Below, one piece after another: positions 1 to 9,566 of a stretch of DNA of 64,000 nucleotides (positions within the stretch are counted from its first letter, which is position 1; each line of letters opens with the position of its first letter). The notes below the pieces were generated by a model. That model worked only from the letters and a program-made list of their open reading frames with translations, had not been told where the DNA came from and did not search any database. Both the position numbers and the translations under genes were made by a program. Source of the DNA: Acidimicrobiia bacterium (GTDB lineage Bacteria; Actinomycetota; Acidimicrobiia; Spongiisociales; ZC4RG35); contig OZ244034.1 in NCBI GenBank assembly GCA_965215185.1, positions 2,976,001-3,040,000 on the forward strand, given 5' to 3'.

Positions 1-10
1 GTCTGCCCGG

Positions 11-1711
11 TTGGACATTCCTTCGGAGTGGATAGCCGCTTTGTACGACGAGGTCGGGGTAAATCAGCGGTTCCCCTTGGCTGTGGTGGACGCTACCACC
101 GCCTATCAGTTGGAAGAGCAACTGCGTTCATTCCCGGGGGTGGTGGTGGAAAACTACCCCGAGAGGGTCTATTTAACGGGTGGCGCCATGTCACATGTGA
201 TCGGGCATCTGGGTTTTCCTTCCGCCGATGACCTAGCGAGCAGACCTTATCTGGATCCGAGTATTCGGATCGGCAAGCTGGGAGTGGAGGGCTTTTACGA
301 CGAATGGCTGCAAGGAACACCCGGTGACCGCGTCTATCGGGTTAATAAGGCTGGGCGAATCACCGAAGAGCGGACCGAAATTCCCCCCGCATCGGGCGCC
401 ACCGTCTATCTGACCTTGGATGAGCGACTTCAGAAGGTGGTGGAGGACGCCCTGTTGCAGGGGATAGAACTCTCCAACGTGATCAAGGAAGAAGAAAGAA
501 ACCAGGCTCTGGAGAAGGGGGAGGTTCCGGCGGCTCTCACTCCCGCGGAAAGGTCGGCCGCAGTGGTGATGGACATCACCAACGGGGAGATTCTGGCTTT
601 GGCAAGCTATCCGGACTTTGATCCGCAACAGTTCGTTTGGGGAATCGATCAACTCGAATTCGCTCGGCTATCCGACGAGAAAGCCTTTCTCAACCTGGTG
701 GTGGGAGGACTGTATCCCCCCGCCTCCACCTTCAAAGTGGTCACCTACACCGCGGCGCTCCTATACAACATACCCTTTGCTCAGGCGATAGAAGGGGTTG
801 ATTCGGTGAATCGGAGGATCAACTGCGACGGGGAACTGGTTCTGACCGAAATTGATGAGGGAAGTCCTCAGGTTTTTCGAGATTGGTACTACCCGGCGGA
901 ACTGGGGTGGCTGGACATTCACGGCGCGTTGGAGCACTCCTGCAACATCTATTTTTATAATCTGGCGCTGGGGGTGTGGCGCAATTGGCGAAATACCAAT
1001 CGCGAACATGTGTTACAGGAAATGGCGCGCTCCACCGGGTATGGCTCCTTTACCGGGGTGGATCTGCCTGGGGATCAGGCGGGAATCGTCCCTGATCGGG
1101 AGTTGTTTGAAAGTTGGAAGAGGATTCAACTGGAAGACCCGTCTGCTCCCGTCCGTCTGGACCCGGCTCGCTTGGCTCTGGCCAGTCCCTGGGTGGGGGG
1201 TGATCTGATGAACCTGGCGATCGGGCAGGGCGATATGTTGGCCTCTCCTCTGCAGGTGGCGATCTCCTACGGGGCGCTGGCCAATGGTGGAACCGTGTGG
1301 ACTCCGCGGGTGGTGAGCCAGGTACGCTCTCCGGAAGGCGAGTTGCTGTGGGCGGCCATCCCGGAGCCGAAAAACCAGATCGATCTTGCCCCGGGGGTGG
1401 TGGCTTCTTTGCTTTCGGATATGAACCGGGTGGTGGTGAGCGGAACAGCCCGCCGGGCCTTTTCGGGATTCGGCGCCTCGTTGGATTTGGTTGGAGGCAA
1501 GACCGGGACTGGGCAATCCTCCGCCAATCGAGACAGTCACGCTTGGTTCGCGGGGGTGGCTCCCATCAATAACCCTAAATGGGTGGTTGTGGTGTTGGTT
1601 GACCAAGGTGGATCGGGAGGGAGGGTGGCCGCGCCTATGGGCCGTTACATTATGCAGTATCTGATGGGCGAGGAGTTGGATCCCATTGAAGCCGGGGAGG
1701 CGACAAACTGA
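11..1711 (+). CDS. mrdA: Penicillin-binding protein 2 (class B transpeptidase), N-terminus outside the window
   Basis: SxxK (PASTFK), SxN (HSCN) and KTG (GKTGT) motifs; dimerisation-domain sequence (R.Y..G..MSHVIG); directly followed by rodA. Confidence 0.93.
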   Translation: MDIPSEWIAALYDEVGVNQRFPLAVVDATTAYQLEEQLRSFPGVVVENYPERVYLTGGAMSHVIGHLGFPSADDLASRPYLDPSIRIGKLGVEGFYDEWLQGTPGDRVYRVNKAGRITEERTEIPPASGATVYLTLDERLQKVVEDALLQGIELSNVIKEEERNQALEKGEVPAALTPAERSAAVVMDITNGEILALASYPDFDPQQFVWGIDQLEFARLSDEKAFLNLVVGGLYPPASTFKVVTYTAALLYNIPFAQAIEGVDSVNRRINCDGELVLTEIDEGSPQVFRDWYYPAELGWLDIHGALEHSCNIYFYNLALGVWRNWRNTNREHVLQEMARSTGYGSFTGVDLPGDQAGIVPDRELFESWKRIQLEDPSAPVRLDPARLALASPWVGGDLMNLAIGQGDMLASPLQVAISYGALANGGTVWTPRVVSQVRSPEGELLWAAIPEPKNQIDLAPGVVASLLSDMNRVVVSGTARRAFSGFGASLDLVGGKTGTGQSSANRDSHAWFAGVAPINNPKWVVVVLVDQGGSGGRVAAPMGRYIMQYLMGEELDPIEAGEATN

Positions 1712-2907
1712 TGGCCTTTCTGCCTAGACGTCAAGGTGGCTGGTGGATGGGGAAGGGAGATACCATATCCCGCCCTGACCTGGGGCTGGTGGGTTCGGTG
1801 CTGGTTCTGTCGGGGTTCGGGCTGCTGATGATTTATTCGGCTACCCGAGGAGCCTTGGAACGGCGGGAGCTATTGCCGTCGGCATCTACCGAGCGCCAAA
1901 TGGTGTTTATGGTGATCGGGTTGGTCGTCATGGGGGTGCTGAGCTACCTCGACTATCGGGACTACCGGTTTCTGGCGCCGGTTCTCTATGTGGGTTCTCT
2001 GGTCGCTTTGGCGGTGGCGTTTCTCTTCGAACCGGTGAACGGGGTGCAGCGGTGGATCAGCCTTGGCCCGGTGAACATCCAACCTGCCGAGTTCACCAAG
2101 CTGGTGCTGGTCATTGTTTTGGCGTCGCTGCTTAGCGAGGGTCCCGAAGAAACCTCCCAGCATCTTCCCTGGCGTAAAGTGGCCTACGCGGTGGTGCTTT
2201 CAGTGGTCCCTATGGTGTTCATATTCTTGCAGCCCGATCTCGGCACGATGATGTCCTATCCCGCCATTCTTTTGTTGATGTTGTTCGTGTCGGGGGCTAC
2301 CCGGGCGCAGTTGATCACCCTGCTGTCGGGGGCGGTGGGCTTGGTGGTGATGGTCTGGCGGCTGGGGTTCCTGGAGTCACATCAGATCGACCGTCTCAGG
2401 GTATTCATCGATCCTGAGTTGGATCCCCAGGGGCTGGGTTGGAGCATCCGACAGGCCAGACTGGCGATCTCCTCCGGTCAGGTGACCGGCCAGGGGCTCT
2501 TCGAAGGCACCATCACCAATCAGGGCCTGGTCCCCGAGCAGGAGAGCGATTTTATCTTTACCGCGGTGGGGGAACAACTGGGGTTTGTGGGAGGTGTGAT
2601 AGTGCTGCTGGTTTTCAGTTATATAATCTGGCGACTGCTGCGCATTGCGGTCACCGCCCCTGATCAGTACGGTTCACTGATCGCCACAGGGGTGGCGGTC
2701 CTTTTGATGTTCCATGTGTTCATAAGCGTGGGGATGACTCTGGGATTGGTACCCATAACTGGCCTTCCCCTTCCCTTCTTGAGCCAAGGGGGATCTTTCT
2801 ACCTGACCGCGACGATGGGGATTGGGATGTGCCTCTCGATTTGGAGGCTGCGACCCCATGTTTGGCCGGGCGGCGTAGCGAGGGGGAGAAGCGCTTTTTC
2901 GGGATAG
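1711..2907 (+). CDS. rodA: Rod shape-determining protein RodA (SEDS family)
   Basis: Multi-TM protein with QPAEFTK, QPDLGT, PEQESDFIF and GLPLPFLSQGGS motifs; coupled to mrdA. Confidence 0.93.
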   Translation: MAFLPRRQGGWWMGKGDTISRPDLGLVGSVLVLSGFGLLMIYSATRGALERRELLPSASTERQMVFMVIGLVVMGVLSYLDYRDYRFLAPVLYVGSLVALAVAFLFEPVNGVQRWISLGPVNIQPAEFTKLVLVIVLASLLSEGPEETSQHLPWRKVAYAVVLSVVPMVFIFLQPDLGTMMSYPAILLLMLFVSGATRAQLITLLSGAVGLVVMVWRLGFLESHQIDRLRVFIDPELDPQGLGWSIRQARLAISSGQVTGQGLFEGTITNQGLVPEQESDFIFTAVGEQLGFVGGVIVLLVFSYIIWRLLRIAVTAPDQYGSLIATGVAVLLMFHVFISVGMTLGLVPITGLPLPFLSQGGSFYLTATMGIGMCLSIWRLRPHVWPGGVARGRSAFSG

Positions 2908-3150
2908 CCATGTGGCCGGGGCATCGGGTTTTTGGTCGGAGAAGATTTCACTTTATGTTGCGGAGTTGCATAATATGGTGAGAGAGTTGGAAAAGGCTCT
3001 GGCAGGGCCTTGTCTGGCCCACCGAGGCCACAGGCTCAGGAGTTGATCTTCTTGATCTGATCCCAGCGGCGGAGTTCAGCCGAGGGAGCAGGGAAGATTG
3101 TGATCAAGAAGAAGAGATTCCGGTTCCCATTGTCAATTTGATTAGGAGGG

Positions 3151-4722
3151 TTGTTTATGGGTTGGTTACGAAAAGGCCGTACGGAGGTGATTCGCCGAGT
3201 CGGCGGTGATTATGTAGAAGAACGGGAGAGGCGCCAGGTAAACGGTTCGGAAGTAGAGATCCGTCGGGTAGCTCCCAAGAGTCTCACCAAGACCAAACCC
3301 GTTCCCAGAAAAAGAAAACCCAGGCCTCGTCAGGCCGCCTCCCGCAAGGGCAGTTCGGGTATTGCGACCAGCCGCGGGTCATCTCCGGGTCGCCGGGTTG
3401 GTACCCCTCCCGACCCCGCTTCTGTCGAATCGACGGTTCAGCCGACCGCGCTGCGCAGCAAGATATTGGTCAGCGTGGGGGATGAGACCAGAGTGGCCAT
3501 TATGGAGGGCCCGGATTTGGTGGAGTACTACTCGGAGTGCCCTGGTGAGGGGTCGCTAGTAGGGAGCATTTACCTGGCAGTGGTGCGCAATGTGTTGCCG
3601 GGGATGGAAGCCGCTTTTGTGGACATCGGCGAGGGGAAGAACGGTGTTCTCTATGCAGATGACGTATTTGTCGACCCGGACCGGTTCGGCAAAGGTGGTC
3701 GTCCTCGGGTGGAGCAGGTTATTTCGGAGGGTGATGAAGTGGTGGTACAGGTCAGGAGGGATGCGATGGGCGCCAAGGGCCCCCGTTTGCGAGGTCACAT
3801 TTCCCTGGCTGGGCGGTTCCTGGTCCTGCAGCCCGGTTATTCCAACGTGTCCATCTCCCAGCGGCTCTCCCGCGCGGAGCGTTCCCGGCTGCGACAAGTG
3901 GTGGATGAACTGGTCCCGTCCGGGTTTGGCGTGATCGTTCGCACCGCCGCGCGGCAGGCAACGGCCAAGGAAATCAAGGCGGAGGTGTCGAAGCTGGCCG
4001 ACAAGTGGAACGAGATCACCGAGGAAGCCGCCCGCGGGGGAGGTCCACGGTTGCTTTACCGGGACTCCGATCTTTTGATCCGGGTGATCAGGGAGCATCT
4101 CTCGTCGGAGACGAGACGAGTGGAAATCGATGACGCTGAGTCTTACCAGCGGGTAGTGGATTATCTTCGCTCGGCTGACCCCGACTTGGTGACCCGGGTG
4201 AAACGGTATGACCACGCTATCTCTCTTTTCGACAGGTTTCACGTTGACGACCAGGTGAGGAAGGCATTGAAACGTCGGGTCCCGTTGCCTTCGGGAGGTC
4301 ATTTGGTGTTTGACTCCACCGAGGCTTTGACAGTTGTCGATGTCAACACCGGACGTTTTGTGGGCCGCTCCAACCTGGAGGACACCATCCTGCAAAACAA
4401 TCTGGAGGCAGCCGAAGAGATCGGACGCCAATTGCGCCTGCGGGATATCGGAGGAATCATCGTGGTTGATTTCATCGATATGTCCAGAGAGGCCAATCAG
4501 CGCAAAGTTCTCAGAAAGCTGAACGAAGTGCTGGCCCGGGACAAGACCCGAACCGAGGCATTCGAAGTCTCCCGGCTGGGGCTGGTGGAGATGACCCGCA
4601 AGAATGTCTCAGCGGGCCTCTTGGAATCTTTCTCCAAGCAGTGTGACCATTGCGGCGGGCAGGGTCTGATTATCAAAGATCCAACCTTCTCCTCCCCGTC
4701 GCGGGTAGCAGCCGGTATTTGA
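3151..4722 (+). CDS. rne: Rne/Rng family ribonuclease
   Basis: S1 region (VLPGMEAAFVDIG), DVNTG, RLRDIGGIIVVDFIDM, CxxC Zn link; basic N-terminal extension; precedes rplU. Confidence 0.92.
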   Translation: MFMGWLRKGRTEVIRRVGGDYVEERERRQVNGSEVEIRRVAPKSLTKTKPVPRKRKPRPRQAASRKGSSGIATSRGSSPGRRVGTPPDPASVESTVQPTALRSKILVSVGDETRVAIMEGPDLVEYYSECPGEGSLVGSIYLAVVRNVLPGMEAAFVDIGEGKNGVLYADDVFVDPDRFGKGGRPRVEQVISEGDEVVVQVRRDAMGAKGPRLRGHISLAGRFLVLQPGYSNVSISQRLSRAERSRLRQVVDELVPSGFGVIVRTAARQATAKEIKAEVSKLADKWNEITEEAARGGGPRLLYRDSDLLIRVIREHLSSETRRVEIDDAESYQRVVDYLRSADPDLVTRVKRYDHAISLFDRFHVDDQVRKALKRRVPLPSGGHLVFDSTEALTVVDVNTGRFVGRSNLEDTILQNNLEAAEEIGRQLRLRDIGGIIVVDFIDMSREANQRKVLRKLNEVLARDKTRTEAFEVSRLGLVEMTRKNVSAGLLESFSKQCDHCGGQGLIIKDPTFSSPSRVAAGI

Positions 4723-4724
4723 CC

Positions 4725-4753
4725 TTGGCATTTTGTCGTGTGCTACATAGAAT
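4725..4753 (+). promoter_or_regulatory. Putative sigma70 promoter for rplU-rpmA-obgE
   Basis: TTGGCA (4725-4730), 17 bp, TAGAAT (4748-4753), 12 nt before the rplU ATG. Confidence 0.5.
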
Positions 4754-4765
4754 GACTGTTTCAGC

Positions 4766-5083
4766 ATGTATGCAGTAATAGCCAGCGGTGGAAAACAGGC
4801 CAAGGTCGCTCCTGGTGACGTTGTCAGCGTGGAGCGGTTGTCTTCAAATTCCGATGAAATCAACTTCACTCCGGTGTTGGTGGTGGACCGAGAGGGAAAT
4901 GTGTTGACGGGCCCGGCCCTGCGGGGAGCGACGGTTTCCGCACGCCTGCTGGGAGAGGTGAAGGGGCCAAAGATCCGGATCTTCAAGTACAAGTCCAAGA
5001 CCGGGTATCGCCGGCGGATGGGCCACCGTCAGAAGTATTCCCAGATTGAGGTCCTCGACATCAACCTACCGACCGGGTCTTAA
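4766..5083 (+). CDS. rplU: 50S ribosomal protein L21
   Basis: MYAVIASGGKQ...KYKSKTGYRRRMGHRQ. Confidence 0.97.
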   Translation: MYAVIASGGKQAKVAPGDVVSVERLSSNSDEINFTPVLVVDREGNVLTGPALRGATVSARLLGEVKGPKIRIFKYKSKTGYRRRMGHRQKYSQIEVLDINLPTGS

Positions 5084-5095
5084 AGGAGAGTCGAG

Positions 5096-5347
5096 ATGTC
5101 CAAGACCAAAGCAGGGGGCTCAAGCCGAAACGGACGGGAATCGCACGCCAAGCGACTTGGTCCCAAAGTGTTCGACGGGCAGTCGGTCCATTGCGGATCG
5201 GTGCTGGTTCGACAGCGCGGGACCCGCATTCATCCCGGCTTCAATGTGGGCCGGGGAAGTGACGATACGTTGTATGCCCGCGCCTCGGGCGTTGTCAAGT
5301 ACGGGGTGAGGAACCGTCGCCGCTTGGTGAGCGTCCTTACCGACTGA
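5096..5347 (+). CDS. rpmA: 50S ribosomal protein L27
   Basis: [28 protein letters not shown]. Confidence 0.97.
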   Translation: MSKTKAGGSSRNGRESHAKRLGPKVFDGQSVHCGSVLVRQRGTRIHPGFNVGRGSDDTLYARASGVVKYGVRNRRRLVSVLTD

Positions 5348-5368
5348 TTCCCCTTCCGGCCGGTCGCG

Positions 5369-6625
5369 ATGTTCGTTGACTCGGTCAGGGTGCATATTCG
5401 CGCCGGAGACGGGGGAAGTGGTATGGTCAGCTTCGAGCGTCGGCGGGGGAAACCGCGGGGGAAGCCGCTGGGAGGTTCGGGAGGAAGGGGAGGAGATGTG
5501 GTGGTGCGCGCCGACGCTTCGGTGGGCACCCTGTTCCGCTATCAAAGGCATTCGCACCATGTGGCCGAATACGGCGTCGGGGGGGCGGATCGTCTTCGAC
5601 AAGGACGGCGAGGCGATCCTTTGGTAATACCTACGCCACTGGGTACCTCCGTGTACGACGACGCCGGCGTGTTGCTGGCGGATCTGGTGGAGGAGGGGCA
5701 GCAGGCAATTTTGGCGCGAGGCGGAAAAGGTGGTCGGGGAAACGCAGCCCTGGTCAGCGCCAGCCATCGGGTCCCGGCGGTGAGCGAAAAAGGGGAGAAG
5801 GGGTCGGCGGGTTGGTTTCGCCTGGAGATGAAACTGCAGGCCGACGCTGCTTTAGTGGGGTTTCCCAACGCCGGAAAAAGCACGCTTTTGTCGAGAGTGT
5901 CGGCTGCCCGTCCCAAGATCGCCGACTACCCGTTCACCACCCTTACTCCCAACCTGGGGGTGGTCGAGATTGACAATGACGATTTCACCATGGCGGATGT
6001 TCCTGGGCTGATAGAGGGGGCGGCGGAGGGTCGTGGGCTTGGGCATACCTTTTTGCGTCATGTGGAGCGAGCGTCGGTGCTGGTAATAATGCTTGACCCA
6101 TCTCCTATGGCGGAAGTGGCGCCCGGCGTTCAGTTGGACGCGCTCTTGGGTGAACTGGAGAGGTACTCGGCTCCGCTGGTGAAACGTCCCCGGGTGGTTG
6201 CGGTCAACAAGGCTGACCTTCCGGAATCCAAGGAAATTGCTGAAACTATTCCCGGATCCTTTTTGATCTCGGCAGTTACCGGACAGGGCCTGCTTCCCTT
6301 CTTGCGTCGGGTCAAGGAATTGATTGGGCGGGCGCGGGAGACGAGCACCGTCCGGGAAGGATTCATCCTCCATCGTCCTCAGCAGCGAGGGTTTGTGGTT
6401 TCCCGTACCGATGAGGGGTGGTTTGTGGAGGGGTTGGCCGCGGATCGAGCGGTGGCTCTGGGGAATCTCGATACCCCTGAGGCAGCCCGACTGGCTTCGA
6501 CCCGCCTGGACCGCCTAGGGGTGAGTCGAGCTCTCCGAGAGGCCGGGGCCCGTCACGGGGATACGGTTTCGATCGGGGGGGTGGAACTTCAATACGAAGA
6601 TCCCGACATCGGGGGGTGGGAGTGA
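5369..6625 (+). CDS. obgE: GTPase ObgE/CgtA
   Basis: Gly-rich Obg fold, GFPNAGKS, YPFTTL, DVPG, NKAD, C-terminal OCT domain. Confidence 0.96.
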   Translation: MFVDSVRVHIRAGDGGSGMVSFERRRGKPRGKPLGGSGGRGGDVVVRADASVGTLFRYQRHSHHVAEYGVGGADRLRQGRRGDPLVIPTPLGTSVYDDAGVLLADLVEEGQQAILARGGKGGRGNAALVSASHRVPAVSEKGEKGSAGWFRLEMKLQADAALVGFPNAGKSTLLSRVSAARPKIADYPFTTLTPNLGVVEIDNDDFTMADVPGLIEGAAEGRGLGHTFLRHVERASVLVIMLDPSPMAEVAPGVQLDALLGELERYSAPLVKRPRVVAVNKADLPESKEIAETIPGSFLISAVTGQGLLPFLRRVKELIGRARETSTVREGFILHRPQQRGFVVSRTDEGWFVEGLAADRAVALGNLDTPEAARLASTRLDRLGVSRALREAGARHGDTVSIGGVELQYEDPDIGGWE

Positions 6626-7713
6626 GGCGAGTGGTATCTCCCGATGGGGTTCTGGTGATAAAGATCGGTTCCTCCAGCCTGGTGCGGCTGGAGGACGGAC
6701 CCGATGCTGACGCTTTGGAGCGAGTAGTTGAGCATGTGGCACAGGCGTTTGCCCGCGGCCATCCCACCGCGTTGGTCACTTCGGGAGCGGTGGCGGCGGG
6801 CCTCCCGGCGTTGGGACTGTCCGCTCGGCCCACCGATTTGGCCGGATTGCAGGTAGCAGCGGCTGTGGGACAGGGTCGCCTAATGGGTCTCTACACCGCC
6901 GAGTTCGCCAAGCGGGGACTGGTGGCCGGACAAGTGTTGTTGACCAGGGGAGTGTTGGCGGATCGCACTCCTTATCTAAATGCCCGGATGGCTCTGTTGG
7001 GGATGCTGGAGCGGGGGATAGTTCCGGTCGTCAACGAAAACGATTCGGTGGGTGTGGAGGAGTTGCGGGTGGGGGACAATGACCGGTTGTCGGCGTTGGT
7101 CTCTCATTTGGTCTCGGCTGATTTGCTCATCTTGCTGACTGATACCCCTGGTCTCTATACGGCTGATCCCTCCTCACAGGACGCGGAGTTGATGGGTGAG
7201 ATCTCCTCAACCGATCAGAGACTCGACTCCATTGCCCGCCTCCCGGGAGGACAGCTTGGGTCGGGCGGTGTGTTCAGCAAAGTGGCCGCTGCCCGAATGG
7301 CAGCTTTTTGCGGCATCCCCACGGTGGTCGCTTCTGCGTCCGAACCGGCGGTTGTAGCCAGGATCTGCAGCGGGGAACGGATCGGCACCTGGGTAAATCC
7401 CCAGTCCCGAAAGCTAAGCGCCCGCAAACTCTGGATAGCATTCGGTCAGGAGACCCGCGGGCAGGTAACCGTGGACGCCGGAGCGGTGCGGGCCATAACT
7501 CAGCTAAAAAAGAGCCTGCTGCCAGTGGGAGTAAGGAAGATAGAAAGGGATTTCGATGCCCGCGACGCCGTGCAGGTGTTGGACCCGGAGGGAAGAGTTA
7601 TCGCCAAAGGAATTTCCCGCATCACAGCCCACCAATGCCGAGCCCTCCAAGAGAGTGGCAAACCCACCGTAGAGCTTATCCATAGAGACGACCTGGTAAT
7701 CCTAGTCGAATAA
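6616..7713 (+). CDS. proB: Glutamate 5-kinase with PUA domain
   Basis: VIKIGSSSL, TSGAVAAG, NENDSV, GDNDRLSA; PUA (DAGAV..KSLLPVG). Confidence 0.95.
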   Translation: MGVRRVVSPDGVLVIKIGSSSLVRLEDGPDADALERVVEHVAQAFARGHPTALVTSGAVAAGLPALGLSARPTDLAGLQVAAAVGQGRLMGLYTAEFAKRGLVAGQVLLTRGVLADRTPYLNARMALLGMLERGIVPVVNENDSVGVEELRVGDNDRLSALVSHLVSADLLILLTDTPGLYTADPSSQDAELMGEISSTDQRLDSIARLPGGQLGSGGVFSKVAAARMAAFCGIPTVVASASEPAVVARICSGERIGTWVNPQSRKLSARKLWIAFGQETRGQVTVDAGAVRAITQLKKSLLPVGVRKIERDFDARDAVQVLDPEGRVIAKGISRITAHQCRALQESGKPTVELIHRDDLVILVE

Positions 7714-7995
7714 CCCCTCTGTCCGCAACGCTAAGTCGCGAACGTCGGTGTGGGTTTGTTCCCTGTTGGGTTCCCTCCCCCGCCGCCTCCTTGCCGTTGT
7801 TTCGCGAATTGTCCAGGTTGGGTGGGGCTAGTGTTTCGCAGTTTGGTTGTTCCGGTCCGGGTGAGTTCGGGTGTTCGGATCCGGTGGGTGTTTGGTAACT
7901 TCCCATCCACCCAACATACAACAACCCTGTGACAAGACGACTGAAACACATCGCAAGCCACCCTAAACGCATGCAATATACTTGCGGCGTAGGGC
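7714..7995. repeat. Intergenic element with imperfect terminal inverted repeats (possible MITE)
   Basis: CCCTCTGTCCGCAA at left vs TTGCGGCGTAGGG at right; GGGTTTGTTCCCTGTTGGG vs CCCAACATACAACAACCC; GT-rich half then CA-rich half. Confidence 0.35.
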
Positions 7996-8072
7996 CTTGG
8001 GCGGGCCAGGAATGGATCTCGCTGGGTTGGGGCCAGGTATGGGACCGGCGCATCCCGATCCGGGCCAAACTC

Positions 8073-9566
8073 CTATTTACGCCATACAGAGGGAATGGCC
8101 AACACCAGGATGGGGAGAATCTCAAGGCGCCCGACGATCATCAAAAAGGACAAGAGCCACTTGCCCGGAATCGAGACCAGCGCGTAGTTGGTGGCGGGTC
8201 CTACGTCTCCCAAGCCGGGTCCGATGTTCCCCAGGCTGGCCACGACCGCCGATATGGAGGAAACAGTGTCGGAGGACCCGAAGGAAAGCTCAATGGTGCT
8301 GAACAGGACCGTGCCCATCCCTAGGAGGAACATGTACAACACGAAGAAGGAAAAGATACCCCTGATGAAGTTGATCGAAACAACTTGTTTGTTGAGTCGC
8401 ACCAAGAACATTCCCTGGGGATGGATGACCCGGCGCAACTCGGTGAAGGCGGTGTGTGCCAGAATCTTGATCCGAAAGCTCTTGATTCCTCCCGCGGTTG
8501 ATCCGGCCATGCCTCCCACCGTCATCAGAATCAGTATCAGGATTTGCAATGGCGGTATCCAGGCTCCGAAATCGGCAGTGCTGTACCCGGTGGTGGTCAC
8601 CATTGACACTGCGGTGAAGGTGCCGTCCCGGACGGCCTCCTCCCACTCGGTTCCCTGATTGGCCAGGGCGATGGCCAGAAAGGCTGCGGCGATCAACACC
8701 ACCACGGCGTAGACCCTGAACTCCTCATGCCGCAAATACCGGGTGGGGTTGAGAAGCGCCCGGTAGTGGAGGGAGAACGAGACTCCCGCCATGGCCATGA
8801 ATACGATGATGACCCATTGGGTGTAGGGGCTGAACCCGGTGATGGAAGTGGCCTCCGTGCCGAATCCCCCCGTGGACATGGTGGTCAGAGAATGGTTTAC
8901 GGCCTGAAACAGATCCATGTCGCCTGCCCAGAGCAGCATCAAGACCTCCAGGCAGGTAAGCGCCACATAGATGATCCATAGTCGCTTGGCGGTGTCCTGG
9001 AAACGGGGAGTGAGGCGATCGGGACTCCCCCCAGGAGACTCGGCACGGGCCAGTTCCACCCCACCAACTCCCAGCAGAGGCAAAACCGCCACGAACAGCA
9101 CGATTATCCCCATGCCTCCCAACCATTGGGTTAGTGACCGCCAAAAGAGTATCCCATGAGAAAGTTGGCTCGGGTCGAGCACCAGGGAGGCGCCGGTGGT
9201 TGTGAACCCGGAGACCGTTTCAAAAAAGGCGTTTGTTACCTCGGGGATGGCGCCTGTGAACAGATAGGGGAGAGTGCCGCACACCGACATCATCAGCCAG
9301 GCGATCCCCACGCCCGCGAACCCTGCCCGGGTGGTCAAGGTGGTGGGCTTTTCCACCGACCAGCGCAACAATGCTCCGCCAGCCACCGTCACTGCCGCGG
9401 CTGCCCCTATAGCTCTGGCATCCGAGAACTCACCGTAAAGAAGCGATACACTGGCGGCCAAAAACATCGCCAGGCCCACGGCAATGGCGGTGATGCCGGT
9501 GATCAGCAGGATGGAGGCCAACATCCCACGGCGACCCATCCAGCCCACCGCGGCGGTGAGTTTCAT
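8073..9566 (-). CDS. trkH: Trk potassium uptake membrane protein
   Basis: FFETVSGFTTTG, QWLGGMG, STGGFG, TTTGY, GSTAGGIK, LGNIGPG, GRLE. Confidence 0.95.
   Translation of the reverse strand: MKLTAAVGWMGRRGMLASILLITGITAIAVGLAMFLAASVSLLYGEFSDARAIGAAAAVTVAGGALLRWSVEKPTTLTTRAGFAGVGIAWLMMSVCGTLPYLFTGAIPEVTNAFFETVSGFTTTGASLVLDPSQLSHGILFWRSLTQWLGGMGIIVLFVAVLPLLGVGGVELARAESPGGSPDRLTPRFQDTAKRLWIIYVALTCLEVLMLLWAGDMDLFQAVNHSLTTMSTGGFGTEATSITGFSPYTQWVIIVFMAMAGVSFSLHYRALLNPTRYLRHEEFRVYAVVVLIAAAFLAIALANQGTEWEEAVRDGTFTAVSMVTTTGYSTADFGAWIPPLQILILILMTVGGMAGSTAGGIKSFRIKILAHTAFTELRRVIHPQGMFLVRLNKQVVSINFIRGIFSFFVLYMFLLGMGTVLFSTIELSFGSSDTVSSISAVVASLGNIGPGLGDVGPATNYALVSIPGKWLLSFLMIVGRLEILPILVLAIPSVWRK

Noticed and set aside
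2930-3150. Long rne leader as a riboswitch
   Set aside because: No recognisable riboswitch motif; long leaders are ordinary for rne
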